Source: an uncultured bacterium (GTDB taxonomy: Bacteria; Patescibacteriota; Minisyncoccia; UBA6257; 2-01-FULL-56-20). Taken from it: a DNA stretch of 64,000 nt. The translations under genes were made by a program, and so were the position numbers. Below are positions 30,444 to 42,590 of the stretch, piece after piece. Each line of letters starts with the position of its first letter. The stretch's first letter is position 1. The notes below the pieces were generated by a model that was not told where the DNA came from, did not search any database, and worked only from the letters and a program-made list of their open reading frames with translations. The stretch is from positions 642,172 through 706,171 of the forward strand of contig OY970358.1 in assembly GCA_963718575.1 (NCBI GenBank), in the 5' to 3' direction.

Positions 30444-30893
30444 ATGAAAGACTCAAAACGCATCTGGGCGTGGGTCGGTGTGGCAATCATCGTCATTGTG
30501 ATCGTCGCATGGTTTGTATGGAAATTCGGGGCAGCACACCCGGTGGCGTCCGGTCCGACGCCGGTCTTTGCGCCGCAAGGGCAGCTTGTTCCGCAATTCC
30601 CCAAGGGGCTCATCGTTGACGGCGATGCAGCGATCAGCGGGAGCTATGCCATCAATTATTCCTCGAGCACCAACCAGTACACGGCGGAATACGATTCGTC
30701 GAGCACGGTGACGTCGCTTTATAAAGATTATCAATCGTATCTTTCGGCAAACGGCTGGGTGGTGACCGGTTCTCTCGCTACCCATCCGACGTTCGACGCA
30801 CTTGCGGCGACGCAGGGCAGTAACCAGTTGCAGGTGGTGATCAGCACGAAAGCCAAAGGGTCGCAGGTGACGATAACCTATCTGGTGAAGTAA
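30444..30893 (+). CDS. Hypothetical membrane-anchored protein
   Basis: Single N-terminal TM helix (IWAWVGVAIIVIVIVAWFVW). Confidence 0.45.
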   Translation: MKDSKRIWAWVGVAIIVIVIVAWFVWKFGAAHPVASGPTPVFAPQGQLVPQFPKGLIVDGDAAISGSYAINYSSSTNQYTAEYDSSSTVTSLYKDYQSYLSANGWVVTGSLATHPTFDALAATQGSNQLQVVISTKAKGSQVTITYLVK

Positions 30894-30901
30894 CAAATAT
30901 T

Positions 30902-33900
30902 ATGAATAAAAAAAGAACTACTCGTGTTGCGGGAGTCGGCATAGCACTCCTGGCCATTGTGGCGGTCGTCGCATGCTCAAGGGTCTGCTTTTTTTCTAAG
31001 CCTCCGACGGCACATGCGGCGGATCTTTCCGCGACAAGCACCGTCGTGTTCGGACTCAATGTATACGGCTATCAGCTGCTGGCTACGGCAACTCCGAACC
31101 AGTCGATAAATACCGGTCCGATGGTGGATGCCCAGGGTGTTGCGATCAATCCGGGCGATTACAAGAGCGGGGTTCCTGATAAGATCTATATCAACGCATC
31201 TTCCTTTAGCGTAGACTTCCGGGTCGGAATGATGATTTGCGACGACAGCGGCGAGAATTGCCATACGGGATGGACGCCATGGGCGAGCGACGTAGCCGAT
31301 GGCAATGCGACGAATGATTATTCGCCTATCGTTGGCGGGGGACCGCTCGACGGAGGAACGTTCTGCGGCGCGAATACGGCAACGCTTCACAATCGCCTCG
31401 GCGATATTTTCATCGGCGCGCAGACGCGCCCGCTGCCGGCCGGTGCTGTTTTGGATAGCGTCTCGCTTACCCTTTTCCCTCTTGAATATGATTTCAATGT
31501 GCCCGTTGATGACGTGACGGCAGTAAACCCCGCTTGCTGGAATCCGTATGACGATGCGGTAGGAACGCCGGGATTTACGTCCGGAGGATGGAGTAATGAT
31601 GCTTTTGATAAATGGAACAACGCTTCAACCGACGGTTTTGTGATCGAGATGATCGCAGGAGCAACTTCGTACAACGCCTCATATGTGAGTGCCAATATCC
31701 CGGGCTCGTTCAGCGTCGGCGAAACGACGACGACGGGGACCGATGGTAAGCCGCTCGAAATCACGATGAAGAATACCGGCGCTGCCGTTTGGCCTTCTGA
31801 ACAAGGGAACGTGGTCGGCACCCCGACGGGAAGTTGTACCGTGGATACCAACGGCGATGGAATTCCTGATGCGCCTGCAGCGAACACGTCAGGTTCTTGT
31901 ACTGTTGATTATAACTATAACGGCATTGCCGATGAACTGAACCATACCGCCGGCTCTTTTACTCCCGCTCCTAATCCGATGCAATATACGAGGGTGGTAC
32001 CGATCACCACGATATGGGCTCCTGCGACCACCGTGACCGTTCCCCTTCCCCCGATCTGCACCAGCGCAGATGCCCGGCCTGCGGGCGGAACGCTTTCCTC
32101 GCTCATCTCTACTGCTTTCGCGGTCTCGTTGAAGTGTACCCCACAGCCGCCCAGGTCAGAGGTCGTCCCCGCGCACTACGAAAGCACGCCAGCAATTCCG
32201 ACAGCGGTCGCGCAAGGGGATACTGCTACGTTTATATTAAACAGCCTCACCGCACCTTCGGCGCCCGGTACATATAATGAGGCATGGCAGATGGAAGAAA
32301 GCAATATTCCCTTCGGTTCGCCAGCGAACATCCCGATCACCGTTACGGCTGCTACGCCGCCCACCTCCCCGAACACTCCGGCCGTTTCCCTTGCTGCTTC
32401 ACCCTCTGCTATCACGCTCGGAAGTTCCACAACCCTTACCATCACGACGAACGATGTAACCTCCTGTACCGGTTCTGGTGCCTGGAGCGGCGCGGAACCG
32501 ACCTCCGGCCCGGTGCCTTCAACTCCAGGGTCAGTTGGCACGGCAACCTATACTATTTCCTGCACCGGTCCCGACGGAAACGCGAGCGCATCAACAAATG
32601 TCACGGTGACAGCAACGCCACCTGTCACTCCTCCTTCGACGCCTTCAGTCACCGTCTCGTGCAGTCCGAACAGCATCCTTGTAAATGGAACGTCTGCCTG
32701 CACTGCCAATGTCACAAACCTGAGCGGCACCACCGTGACGTGGACCTCCACCGCGGGATCGATCGACGCCAATGGTAATTTTACCGCCCCCTCAACCGCC
32801 GGATCAGTGCCGGTGACCGCCTGCTCTACCGTTGACCCGAGCGTCTGCGGTTCGACGAACGTTATAGTAACGGCGACCCCGACCGCCATCGGAACCATCA
32901 CGGTAACATCAGAGGACTCGCAGACGGGTTCACCGGTAGATTCGTCGTGGGATGTCCTCGCGGCCGACGCAAGTGGCGAGAGCGACCTCTGTGGCGGCCA
33001 ATCATGCGAGGGGCAGACCCAGACATATAATAATGTTCCTACCGACGGCAATATCATCACCGTCGTCGCCGGAACTCCCACGGGGCTGTTTGCTTTACGA
33101 GGGGTCGGGGAACGATTCGCTCCTCTCGCGCTTTCAAAGAATCTATTTTTTGGAGTGGCAAACGCATTGAACTACTGCGCATATTATGGCTCGTCGAGCG
33201 ATCAGTGCACGCTTCCCAATCCTCCAAGCCTTGGCGTAAATTCCCTCACGCTTACCCCCGCCCAGTCCGACGCGAATTTCATGATTCTTTGGGATCCGGA
33301 GGCAAGTATGATCATCACTCCGGGCTCAGTCACGTCCACGCTGTCCGCTTCTGGCACGGTTGGAACGGTGACGATCACGAACAACAGCACTGCGCCGGGC
33401 TCGGAATTGGGATGGGTTGCGAGCGTGAGTCCGGCGAGCGCGGACAGTTGGCTTTCCGTCACTCCCGCTACGAATGCAAATCCGAGCGGCGTGGCGAATG
33501 GGTCGCCCGATACTGCAACGATCACCTATAACGGCGGCCTTGCGTCAGGAACGTATAATGCAGAAGTAGATTTTTCCGGAACGTCAATAAGCGCTCCGGG
33601 CGCGGGAAGCGCCGGGACGGTGCAGGTTCCTGTTACGCTTACCGTAACAAGTTCGGGCGGCGGATTCAGTTGTATCAGTAACGCATGCTCGGCGGTCTCG
33701 TCGGGCGGCGTTTCATATTCTTCCTGCGAAGCTGCGTGCGGAGAGCCGCCAGTGCCTCCGGACGACAATGGTTTTAGCTGCATCAATAACACATGTTCCT
33801 CGGTTCCCTCGGGTGGTGTTTCGTATGCATCGTGCGAGGATGCGTGCGGCGGTAGTGGTGGTGGCGGAGGAGGCGGTGGGGGGGGCGGTGGAAGCCAGAG

Positions 33901-34447
33901 TTATAGCTGCATCAGTAATGCATGCGCATTGGTTGCCTCGGGCGGCGTTTCATACTCTTCTTGCGAAGCCGCTTGCCCCGGTACGGGAACGGAGTACAGC
34001 TGTAGCGATAATTCCTGCCGGGCAGTTTCTTCCGGCGGCGTTTCGGAGCCGGATTGCGAAGCTGCATGCGGCGTTCCGCCGCCGCCGACGTGTCCCGCCG
34101 GGGATGCTTCCTGTCAGGCGTCTTGCAATAATCCGGCGTTTACCGCAAGTCCTTCATCCCTTGTCGTTCCGGAATCCTCGAATTTGCAATACGGCTGCTC
34201 GCACGTCACCGAGTGCCAGCTATCGGGAGGAAGCCTGACCGGGTCCGCGCCTATATACGCGGCGCAGGGTACGGATAGTATAAACGGGAGCACCGCCGTG
34301 GCGCCTTCCATAACCACCACATACACATTGACCTGCGTGAACGGCAATTATAGTGATGATTCTGTGAATTCCACCGCCCAGGTGACGGTAAGCGGATCAA
34401 GTCGTTGCGAACAAAATCCAAACGGGGCGGGATGCCCGGGGCAGTAA
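30902..34447 (+). CDS. Giant secreted protein (1181 aa) with four tandem Cys-rich repeats (about 28 aa each) and a poly-Gly linker; candidate pilus-associated adhesin
   Basis: N-terminal TM/signal segment. Four repeats of about C-x4-C-x2-V-x-SGGVS-x3-CE-x-AC at aa 920-1050 (SCISNACSAVSSGGVSYSSCEAAC and related). A G8 homopolymer (33878-33885) lies within the poly-Gly codons. Confidence 0.7.
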   Translation: MNKKRTTRVAGVGIALLAIVAVVACSRVCFFSKPPTAHAADLSATSTVVFGLNVYGYQLLATATPNQSINTGPMVDAQGVAINPGDYKSGVPDKIYINASSFSVDFRVGMMICDDSGENCHTGWTPWASDVADGNATNDYSPIVGGGPLDGGTFCGANTATLHNRLGDIFIGAQTRPLPAGAVLDSVSLTLFPLEYDFNVPVDDVTAVNPACWNPYDDAVGTPGFTSGGWSNDAFDKWNNASTDGFVIEMIAGATSYNASYVSANIPGSFSVGETTTTGTDGKPLEITMKNTGAAVWPSEQGNVVGTPTGSCTVDTNGDGIPDAPAANTSGSCTVDYNYNGIADELNHTAGSFTPAPNPMQYTRVVPITTIWAPATTVTVPLPPICTSADARPAGGTLSSLISTAFAVSLKCTPQPPRSEVVPAHYESTPAIPTAVAQGDTATFILNSLTAPSAPGTYNEAWQMEESNIPFGSPANIPITVTAATPPTSPNTPAVSLAASPSAITLGSSTTLTITTNDVTSCTGSGAWSGAEPTSGPVPSTPGSVGTATYTISCTGPDGNASASTNVTVTATPPVTPPSTPSVTVSCSPNSILVNGTSACTANVTNLSGTTVTWTSTAGSIDANGNFTAPSTAGSVPVTACSTVDPSVCGSTNVIVTATPTAIGTITVTSEDSQTGSPVDSSWDVLAADASGESDLCGGQSCEGQTQTYNNVPTDGNIITVVAGTPTGLFALRGVGERFAPLALSKNLFFGVANALNYCAYYGSSSDQCTLPNPPSLGVNSLTLTPAQSDANFMILWDPEASMIITPGSVTSTLSASGTVGTVTITNNSTAPGSELGWVASVSPASADSWLSVTPATNANPSGVANGSPDTATITYNGGLASGTYNAEVDFSGTSISAPGAGSAGTVQVPVTLTVTSSGGGFSCISNACSAVSSGGVSYSSCEAACGEPPVPPDDNGFSCINNTCSSVPSGGVSYASCEDACGGSGGGGGGGGGGGGSQSYSCISNACALVASGGVSYSSCEAACPGTGTEYSCSDNSCRAVSSGGVSEPDCEAACGVPPPPTCPAGDASCQASCNNPAFTASPSSLVVPESSNLQYGCSHVTECQLSGGSLTGSAPIYAAQGTDSINGSTAVAPSITTTYTLTCVNGNYSDDSVNSTAQVTVSGSSRCEQNPNGAGCPGQ

Positions 34448-34534
34448 TAAGCGATTGGACGCGGGGCTTGTCAATCTCCTAGATATGTGGTAGAATTTCT
34501 CTCAGCACATAACACCGTGCAGAAGGAGAGTCCA

Positions 34535-35095
34535 ATGCAACTTACCACCATCCGCGCCGGTTTTTTCGGCGTATTGCTGGTGACGATGGGCCTTGTGAAC
34601 CTGTCGTTACCCGCCAACTCTCAAACGTTGTTCTCTTTGCAAGGCGGAATGATGAGGATTCCAAAGCCGGAGCAGGTTCCTAAAAAACCTAGCTTCGTCT
34701 TTCGGGCCTCTGAATTCTACCTTGCCGGAGCAACGGCGTTTGACATGACCACGACCGTCGATGGGTCGGGGTTGGGTCATCCCACGACTGCGTATAGGAG
34801 TGACGGGTCATTCCTCACTCACTATTACGTGGTAGAAAAGGGCTGGGCGGGCTTTCTTGGCAGACGAGATCCTTGGACCGCAGTTGGGGCCAATGTGATC
34901 AAAAATGCCGTGATTGACCGATATACCAACAAGCTCTATGCGTTGGGTGGTCGTTGGCGACCTGTTGCGATCGGGGTGAATGTCCTTACGGGGACGCTCA
35001 ACGCGTTAGCGGCAGGTAGCAATATTCGTTCAGGCGAACGGATTGATCAACAGGTAAGACTTGCGACGGGTTACAAGGGTAAGATCGTCTGGTAG
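34535..35095 (+). CDS. Hypothetical secreted protein
   Basis: ATG 34535 with SD AGGAGAG; signal-like MQLTTIRAGFFGVLLVTMG; TTGTCA-17-TGGTAGAAT promoter at 34467-34496. Confidence 0.45.
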   Translation: MQLTTIRAGFFGVLLVTMGLVNLSLPANSQTLFSLQGGMMRIPKPEQVPKKPSFVFRASEFYLAGATAFDMTTTVDGSGLGHPTTAYRSDGSFLTHYYVVEKGWAGFLGRRDPWTAVGANVIKNAVIDRYTNKLYALGGRWRPVAIGVNVLTGTLNALAAGSNIRSGERIDQQVRLATGYKGKIVW

Positions 35096-35388
35096 CCTTT
35101 CGCTTCGCTGGCGGGTGGCGGATAACCATCTGTCGCCCGCCGGCACTATATGTTGTATGGGCATTCGAAGACTTGACATTTCTGCCGATAGCGCTATAGT
35201 TAGCGTAGAACAAAGGATCAGAGTCGAGATTAGGGAATCGATGCTGGAAGAAAGAGCCTGGACTCTCCTTCGCGTGGGTGGCCACCCATACCGGCATATT
35301 CCTCCGCGAGGGTCATGCGTGAGCCCACAACTCACAAGTGACCCTTGCACTAACTTTCATTGAAGCCTGCTTTCTAAGCACGGCTTTT

Positions 35389-36159
35389 TTATTTCTTCAA
35401 AAATTTCTGTATCTTTTTCCGGAACGCTGGTTGTGTTGTATTCGAAATAGAAAGATGTCCGCCGCGAGTGAGAAGTAGTAAGCGCGCGCCCGTCTGTTGC
35501 GCAAACGTTATCGATGCTTTTGCATAAACGACCTCATCATCCTTCGCGTGGATGATGAGCAATTTTTTACCGTCGATGGAATCGATCTCGTGTGCGGGAT
35601 TATAGAAGGCTCCGCTTTTTAATTTTTTCCAATCTTTTTCTGCGCCGCGATAGCCGTTGCCGAATGCCGAACGCGTGAAGCTTTGCAACTTGTCGATGGA
35701 TTCGGTTTCGCTCGCCGCGCGCCAGTTGGTGACTGGCGAGAGCGCGACCGCTTTGCGCACGCGCGGGTCGCGCGAGGCGAGGATCACCGCCGGGCCGCCA
35801 AAGCTTGACCCGATGAGATATATTTCCGGCTGCGCAATTTTATGCGTTTTGCCGGACCAGAGATCCTTGAATCCGCGCGGGAGCTGGTCGATCACGTCGA
35901 TCACGTCGCGGTGTGGTGATAGTTTTAAGAATGACCCGCCGCTTTCCCAGCTTCCGCGATAGCGGGGGACGAAGACCCAGTATCCCTTTTTTGATAAGAA
36001 CTCCACAACCTCAGTTTTCCCGCCCGGATATCCCGGCGCGCCGCCACAGAGGACGATGACTTTATTGGGGGCGTGCTTACCGCCGCGCGCCGCTCGCGCT
36101 GCGGGCGGCAAGAATTCGCAGACGATATCTTTTTTGATGCGGGTGCGGAGAAGGTGCAT
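35389..36159 (-). CDS. Alpha/beta hydrolase (S9/dienelactone hydrolase-like)
   Basis: GxSxG nucleophile elbow IGSSFGG in an alpha/beta-fold context. Confidence 0.8.
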   Translation of the reverse strand: MHLLRTRIKKDIVCEFLPPAARAARGGKHAPNKVIVLCGGAPGYPGGKTEVVEFLSKKGYWVFVPRYRGSWESGGSFLKLSPHRDVIDVIDQLPRGFKDLWSGKTHKIAQPEIYLIGSSFGGPAVILASRDPRVRKAVALSPVTNWRAASETESIDKLQSFTRSAFGNGYRGAEKDWKKLKSGAFYNPAHEIDSIDGKKLLIIHAKDDEVVYAKASITFAQQTGARLLLLTRGGHLSISNTTQPAFRKKIQKFLKK

Positions 36160-36216
36160 ATGTTTTCATTATACTGTTTTCTCGCCCCGCGCGTGGCGGC
36201 GGGGTATAATAGAGGG

Positions 36217-38855
<2,639 letters not shown>

Positions 38856-38927
38856 TTTTTTATCAGCGCGAGAAGCTGTTCGTTAAAAATTTATTAAAAA
38901 GTTTTTGACTTCGAAAAATGAAGGCGT

Positions 38928-39320
38928 ATGATTTTTGGTATGAATAAAAAAATAACTACGATAGATGACTTGGCGGTGATGATCGGAAAAGAATTTCAAG
39001 CAGCAGAGAAGCGATTTAACGTGTTGGAAGAAAAAATTGAGAAGGTTGTTGTGGATGTAAAAGAGATCCGAAAGGATATTGACGCAATTCATACGGACAT
39101 TGCCACTATTCACGTAGATATCAGTACAATCCAGGCTGATATCAATGCGATTCACGCGGATATCAACGGCCTTCATGACAAAGTTGGCGATATCCACACA
39201 GATATAAAAGAGATCCGTGCGGATATAAGCGACATCCGGGCTGATGTAAAAAAACTGGATATGCGCACTGCGGTGATCGACCTTGGGATCCGAGTGAGCA
39301 AGCTGGAGGGGAATGTTTGA
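38928..39320 (+). CDS. Hypothetical coiled-coil protein with tandem DIxxIHxDI repeats (AT-rich islet)
   Basis: Repeated DIDAIHTDIATIHVDISTIQADINAIHADINGLH...; low-GC gene directly upstream of tRNA-Asp. Confidence 0.5.
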   Translation: MIFGMNKKITTIDDLAVMIGKEFQAAEKRFNVLEEKIEKVVVDVKEIRKDIDAIHTDIATIHVDISTIQADINAIHADINGLHDKVGDIHTDIKEIRADISDIRADVKKLDMRTAVIDLGIRVSKLEGNV

Positions 39321-39360
39321 TTTATCCGCCGAAAAACTATAGAATTTTCAAGGTAAGTAT

Positions 39361-39435
39361 GCGGTCGTAGCTCAATTTGGTTAGAGCACCGCCCTGTCAC
39401 GGCGGGGGTTGCCGGTTCAAGTCCGGTCGGCCGCG
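39361..39435 (+). tRNA. tRNA-Asp(GTC)
   Basis: Acceptor GCGGTCG/CGGCCGC, anticodon loop CTGTCAC and discriminator G. Confidence 0.85.
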
Positions 39436-39520
39436 CAGCGTCTTAAAAACGTCTTAAAGTAGAGATAGAGACCTCCTCGGCGGAGGTAGATTTCTGTTAT
39501 AATGAAGCCAACCCAAACGC

Positions 39521-40873
39521 ATGAAGGATAATACCGCTGAAGCGATAAAACAGGTTGCTCATGTAGCCGATTTTTGGATCCCGCTCAAGATTCAGTATGA
39601 TCGCATGCCTGGCGTATCGGTGGGTATTGTATACAGGGGGAAGTTGGCCTATAAGAAGGGCTTTGGATTCGCCGATCTTGAAAAGAGGAAGCGTACCACC
39701 GAGGCGACGCGATATCATATCGCATCGCACTCAAAGATGTTTACCGCGGTCGCCATCATGCAGCTTGCCGAGAAAGGAAAGCTACGGCTTGATGACAAGG
39801 TGGCGAGCCACATTGATTGGTTCAAGGCCAAAAATAAGAATGCCGATGCGGCGAATATCACCATTCGGCAGTTGCTTTCCCATACATCGGGGATCTTCCG
39901 CGACGGCGACACTGGGCACTGGGAAACGGGGAAGTTTCCGAAAGACCTTAAGTCATCATTCTCCTCGAAATCCTTGCGGTTTGAGAATCTTACTTCATTC
40001 AAGTATGCGAACTACGGATACGCGCTCCTTGGGGAGATTATCCAAAACGTGAGCGGGATGGCATATGAGGAATATGAGAAAGAGAACATTCTGCGCCCGC
40101 TCGGGATGAGCTACACCGCGCCGGAATACAAGAGCGGTATGCGGGACGTGGCGATCGGATACGGCAGGAACATCCCCGGCGAGCCGCGCCGTCGATTCGC
40201 TCCTTATGCGACGCATATCTACGCCCCGGCGACAGGGTTCGTCTCGAACGTCATTGATATGGCGAAGTTCATCCACTCCTTCTCCCTGGACAATAAGCGG
40301 GGCGTTTTATCGCGGGAGTCCAAAAAAGAGATGATGCATCCGTATGAAAAAACGATGGAAGGGGATGAATATGGGCTGGGGTTTGAGATAGGGTATATCA
40401 AAGGAAGAAAGATCGTCGGCCATGGCGGAGGGTTCAATGGATATATCACGCGGACCATGTGGGATCCGAAGAACGATATAGGGGTGATCGTACTTTCGAA
40501 CTCGCTCGACAGTTCGGCAGCCGTCATCGCCGAGGGCATTTTCCAAACCATCTACGGATTTTTGGATCAGCGGTTGGAGTACATGCACTACAGAAAGGTG
40601 CAGTATTCAAAATATGAAGGCATCTATCGCACTGTTTGGAGCGATATTATCGTCGCACGCTTCGGGAACGCGCTCATCGAATTCAGCCCGCGCACGGAGT
40701 TTCCACTCAAATGGAACTCGATCCTCGTGCCAGAGAGAACGACGCATCACTTTTCGGTAAAATCGAAGAATGTGTTCGGTGATATAAATGAGCCCGCGGA
40801 ATTTGCCGATTTTAAAAAAGACAAGGCGCAAAAATTGCTCATCAGCGGAACGCCTTCAAGGCGAGTGGTGTGA
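39521..40873 (+). CDS. Serine hydrolase, beta-lactamase class C / PBP-like family
   Basis: SHSK (SxxK), a YANYGY (YxN) motif and an HGG box. A TATAAT sits at 39498-39503. Confidence 0.75.
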   Translation: MKDNTAEAIKQVAHVADFWIPLKIQYDRMPGVSVGIVYRGKLAYKKGFGFADLEKRKRTTEATRYHIASHSKMFTAVAIMQLAEKGKLRLDDKVASHIDWFKAKNKNADAANITIRQLLSHTSGIFRDGDTGHWETGKFPKDLKSSFSSKSLRFENLTSFKYANYGYALLGEIIQNVSGMAYEEYEKENILRPLGMSYTAPEYKSGMRDVAIGYGRNIPGEPRRRFAPYATHIYAPATGFVSNVIDMAKFIHSFSLDNKRGVLSRESKKEMMHPYEKTMEGDEYGLGFEIGYIKGRKIVGHGGGFNGYITRTMWDPKNDIGVIVLSNSLDSSAAVIAEGIFQTIYGFLDQRLEYMHYRKVQYSKYEGIYRTVWSDIIVARFGNALIEFSPRTEFPLKWNSILVPERTTHHFSVKSKNVFGDINEPAEFADFKKDKAQKLLISGTPSRRVV

Positions 40874-40940
40874 TGGAGGGGATGTAAATCTCGCCCGGAT
40901 TCGTCTTAAAAAGGTTTCTAACGTCGTCCACCAGCCCGCG

Positions 40941-40980
40941 CTGAATAAAAAGAACACGAAAGAGTGTTCTTTTTATTCAG
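40941..40980. terminator. Bidirectional terminator-like perfect 17-bp palindrome
   Basis: CTGAATAAAAAGAACAC GAAAGA GTGTTCTTTTTATTCAG. Confidence 0.55.
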
Positions 40981-41169
40981 TCATGAAGTCGGACTTGAAC
41001 GAGGGGGTGGGTCGGGAGTACGCCGCCGAGCGCGCCGACTGTCAATGCGGCCGCTCCGGGTAACACTAAAATATCCCTTTCCTGGTCGGCGCCCTCCTCG
41101 AACGGGGGATCGGCACTTACGGAGTACCTGATTGACGACCGTTTCACGGGATCGTCCACCTTTGTTCAG

Positions 41170-42537
41170 GTGGCAACGACCAGCGCCTCATTTACGACAA
41201 GCACGATTACCGGCCTTACGAACGGCCAATCGTATGATTTCGAGATCTTCGCTATGAATGGGGTGGGGACGTCGTCTCCTTCGAATATCGTCTCAAGCAC
41301 TCCTGTCACGACCTCGACCGCTCCCTATAATCTTTCTGCCACCGCAGGGAATGCAGAGGCTACAATCTCGTTCTCAGCTCCCACCTCAACAGGAGGATCT
41401 TCTATCCTTTATTATACCGCCACGGCAAGTAACGGCGGCTTTTTTGCCACCTCTACCGGAAGTCCGATCACGGTAGAGGCTCTCAGTAATGGTACGGGAT
41501 ACACCTTCACCGTAACCGCGACGAACGGCGCTGGCACTTCGGCATCGTCTTCCCCTTCGAACAGCGTGACCCCCAGCGGTGCCTACCCTTCCGTATCTTC
41601 ATTTACCGCATCCCGCTCTGATATCCAGCCCGGCGTTTCAAGCACTCTTTCCTGGACGATCATAAACGCCTCCTCCGTAGCGATCGACCAAGGGATCGGT
41701 AGTGTCGCTTCTTCTTCCGGATCCTTCATTGTCACTCCCACCACTACACTTATATATACCCTGACCGCGACGAATGTGAGCGGCTCAACCACCGCTCAGA
41801 CAACGATCCTCGTGGACGGTATTCCTCCCTCCGCTCCCACAAGCGTCACGGCTAATGCGGTTTCCCAAGCCGAGATCGATCTTCTCTGGGCATCGAGCAC
41901 GGATAATGTAGGGGTGACGGGATATGACGTATACCAGGGCGCTTCTACCAGCACACTGTCCCTCATTGCGACAACCACCGGTCTTTCCTATCGGAACACC
42001 GGCCTTTCTGCAGCCACCACTTTTTATTACGCTATCGCAGCCTATGACGATGCAGGAAATATTTCTGTGCAAAGTTCATTTGTCAGCGCAACAACCCAAT
42101 CCGCATCGAGCGGTGGCGGAGGCGGGGGTGGCAGCTCCGGTGGCGGGGGTGGCGGATATTATTATGCGACACCCATAACCACCAGTGAAACGACCTCGAC
42201 CATTGCGACGGGAGAACCTACTACCCTCCCGGACGAGTTACTCGATCTTGTGGCCGAGGTTCGCGCGCTCTCCCTGCAGATGTTTCTTGCGAATGATAAA
42301 AACCAGAATCTTACGATCGGGTCCATGGGGAGTAATGTCTGGGCGCTCCAAGTCTTCCTTATTATGAACAACATCATAAGCCCCACCGCTCAAGGGTTGA
42401 AGCTGGTGGATCCCACGGGTTATTTCGGGACGATCACGCGAGGAGCGTTGGCCAGCTATCAGGCAAACGTTGGCATAACCCCTCCATCGGGGTTCTTGGG
42501 TCCGAAGACGAGAGCGTATCTTGAGAATATCCCGTAA
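41170..42537 (+). CDS. Fibronectin type III-repeat protein with a poly-Gly linker and C-terminal peptidoglycan-binding domain; apparently 5'-truncated
   Basis: FN3-like repeats (LTNGQSYDFEIFAMNGVGTSSPS). The C-terminal PG_binding_1-like segment (FGPKTRAYL) resembles the N-domain of the 5666 gene. Homology continues upstream to about 40999 with no start codon or signal peptide. Confidence 0.55.
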   Translation: MATTSASFTTSTITGLTNGQSYDFEIFAMNGVGTSSPSNIVSSTPVTTSTAPYNLSATAGNAEATISFSAPTSTGGSSILYYTATASNGGFFATSTGSPITVEALSNGTGYTFTVTATNGAGTSASSSPSNSVTPSGAYPSVSSFTASRSDIQPGVSSTLSWTIINASSVAIDQGIGSVASSSGSFIVTPTTTLIYTLTATNVSGSTTAQTTILVDGIPPSAPTSVTANAVSQAEIDLLWASSTDNVGVTGYDVYQGASTSTLSLIATTTGLSYRNTGLSAATTFYYAIAAYDDAGNISVQSSFVSATTQSASSGGGGGGGSSGGGGGGYYYATPITTSETTSTIATGEPTTLPDELLDLVAEVRALSLQMFLANDKNQNLTIGSMGSNVWALQVFLIMNNIISPTAQGLKLVDPTGYFGTITRGALASYQANVGITPPSGFLGPKTRAYLENIP

Positions 42538-42590
42538 GGAAAAACTCCCATGGCGTCGTGTCGCCGAAGCGGATTTGTTATACTTAAGCT

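Noticed and set aside
33841-33900. CRISPR-like or low-complexity G-rich DNA (GGTGGCGGAGGAGGCGGTGGGGGGGGCGGTGG), with similar runs at 42115-42160 and 51715-51745
   Set aside because: These are in-frame poly-Gly linker codons inside surface-protein genes, not spacer-repeat arrays. No CRISPR array or cas gene is seen anywhere in the window.
39521-39535. 12-mer AGGATAATACCG at the start of the beta-lactamase-family gene, identical to the motif shared by the two 23S introns
   Set aside because: The intron copies extend to about 24 nt and sit in comparable intron contexts. The CDS copy matches only 12 nt and is most likely chance.
40788-41063. 91-aa ORF (MSPRNLPILKK...)
   Set aside because: Starts inside the preceding serine hydrolase gene and spans the palindromic terminator. 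Its 3' part is an alternative frame of the FN3-repeat gene.
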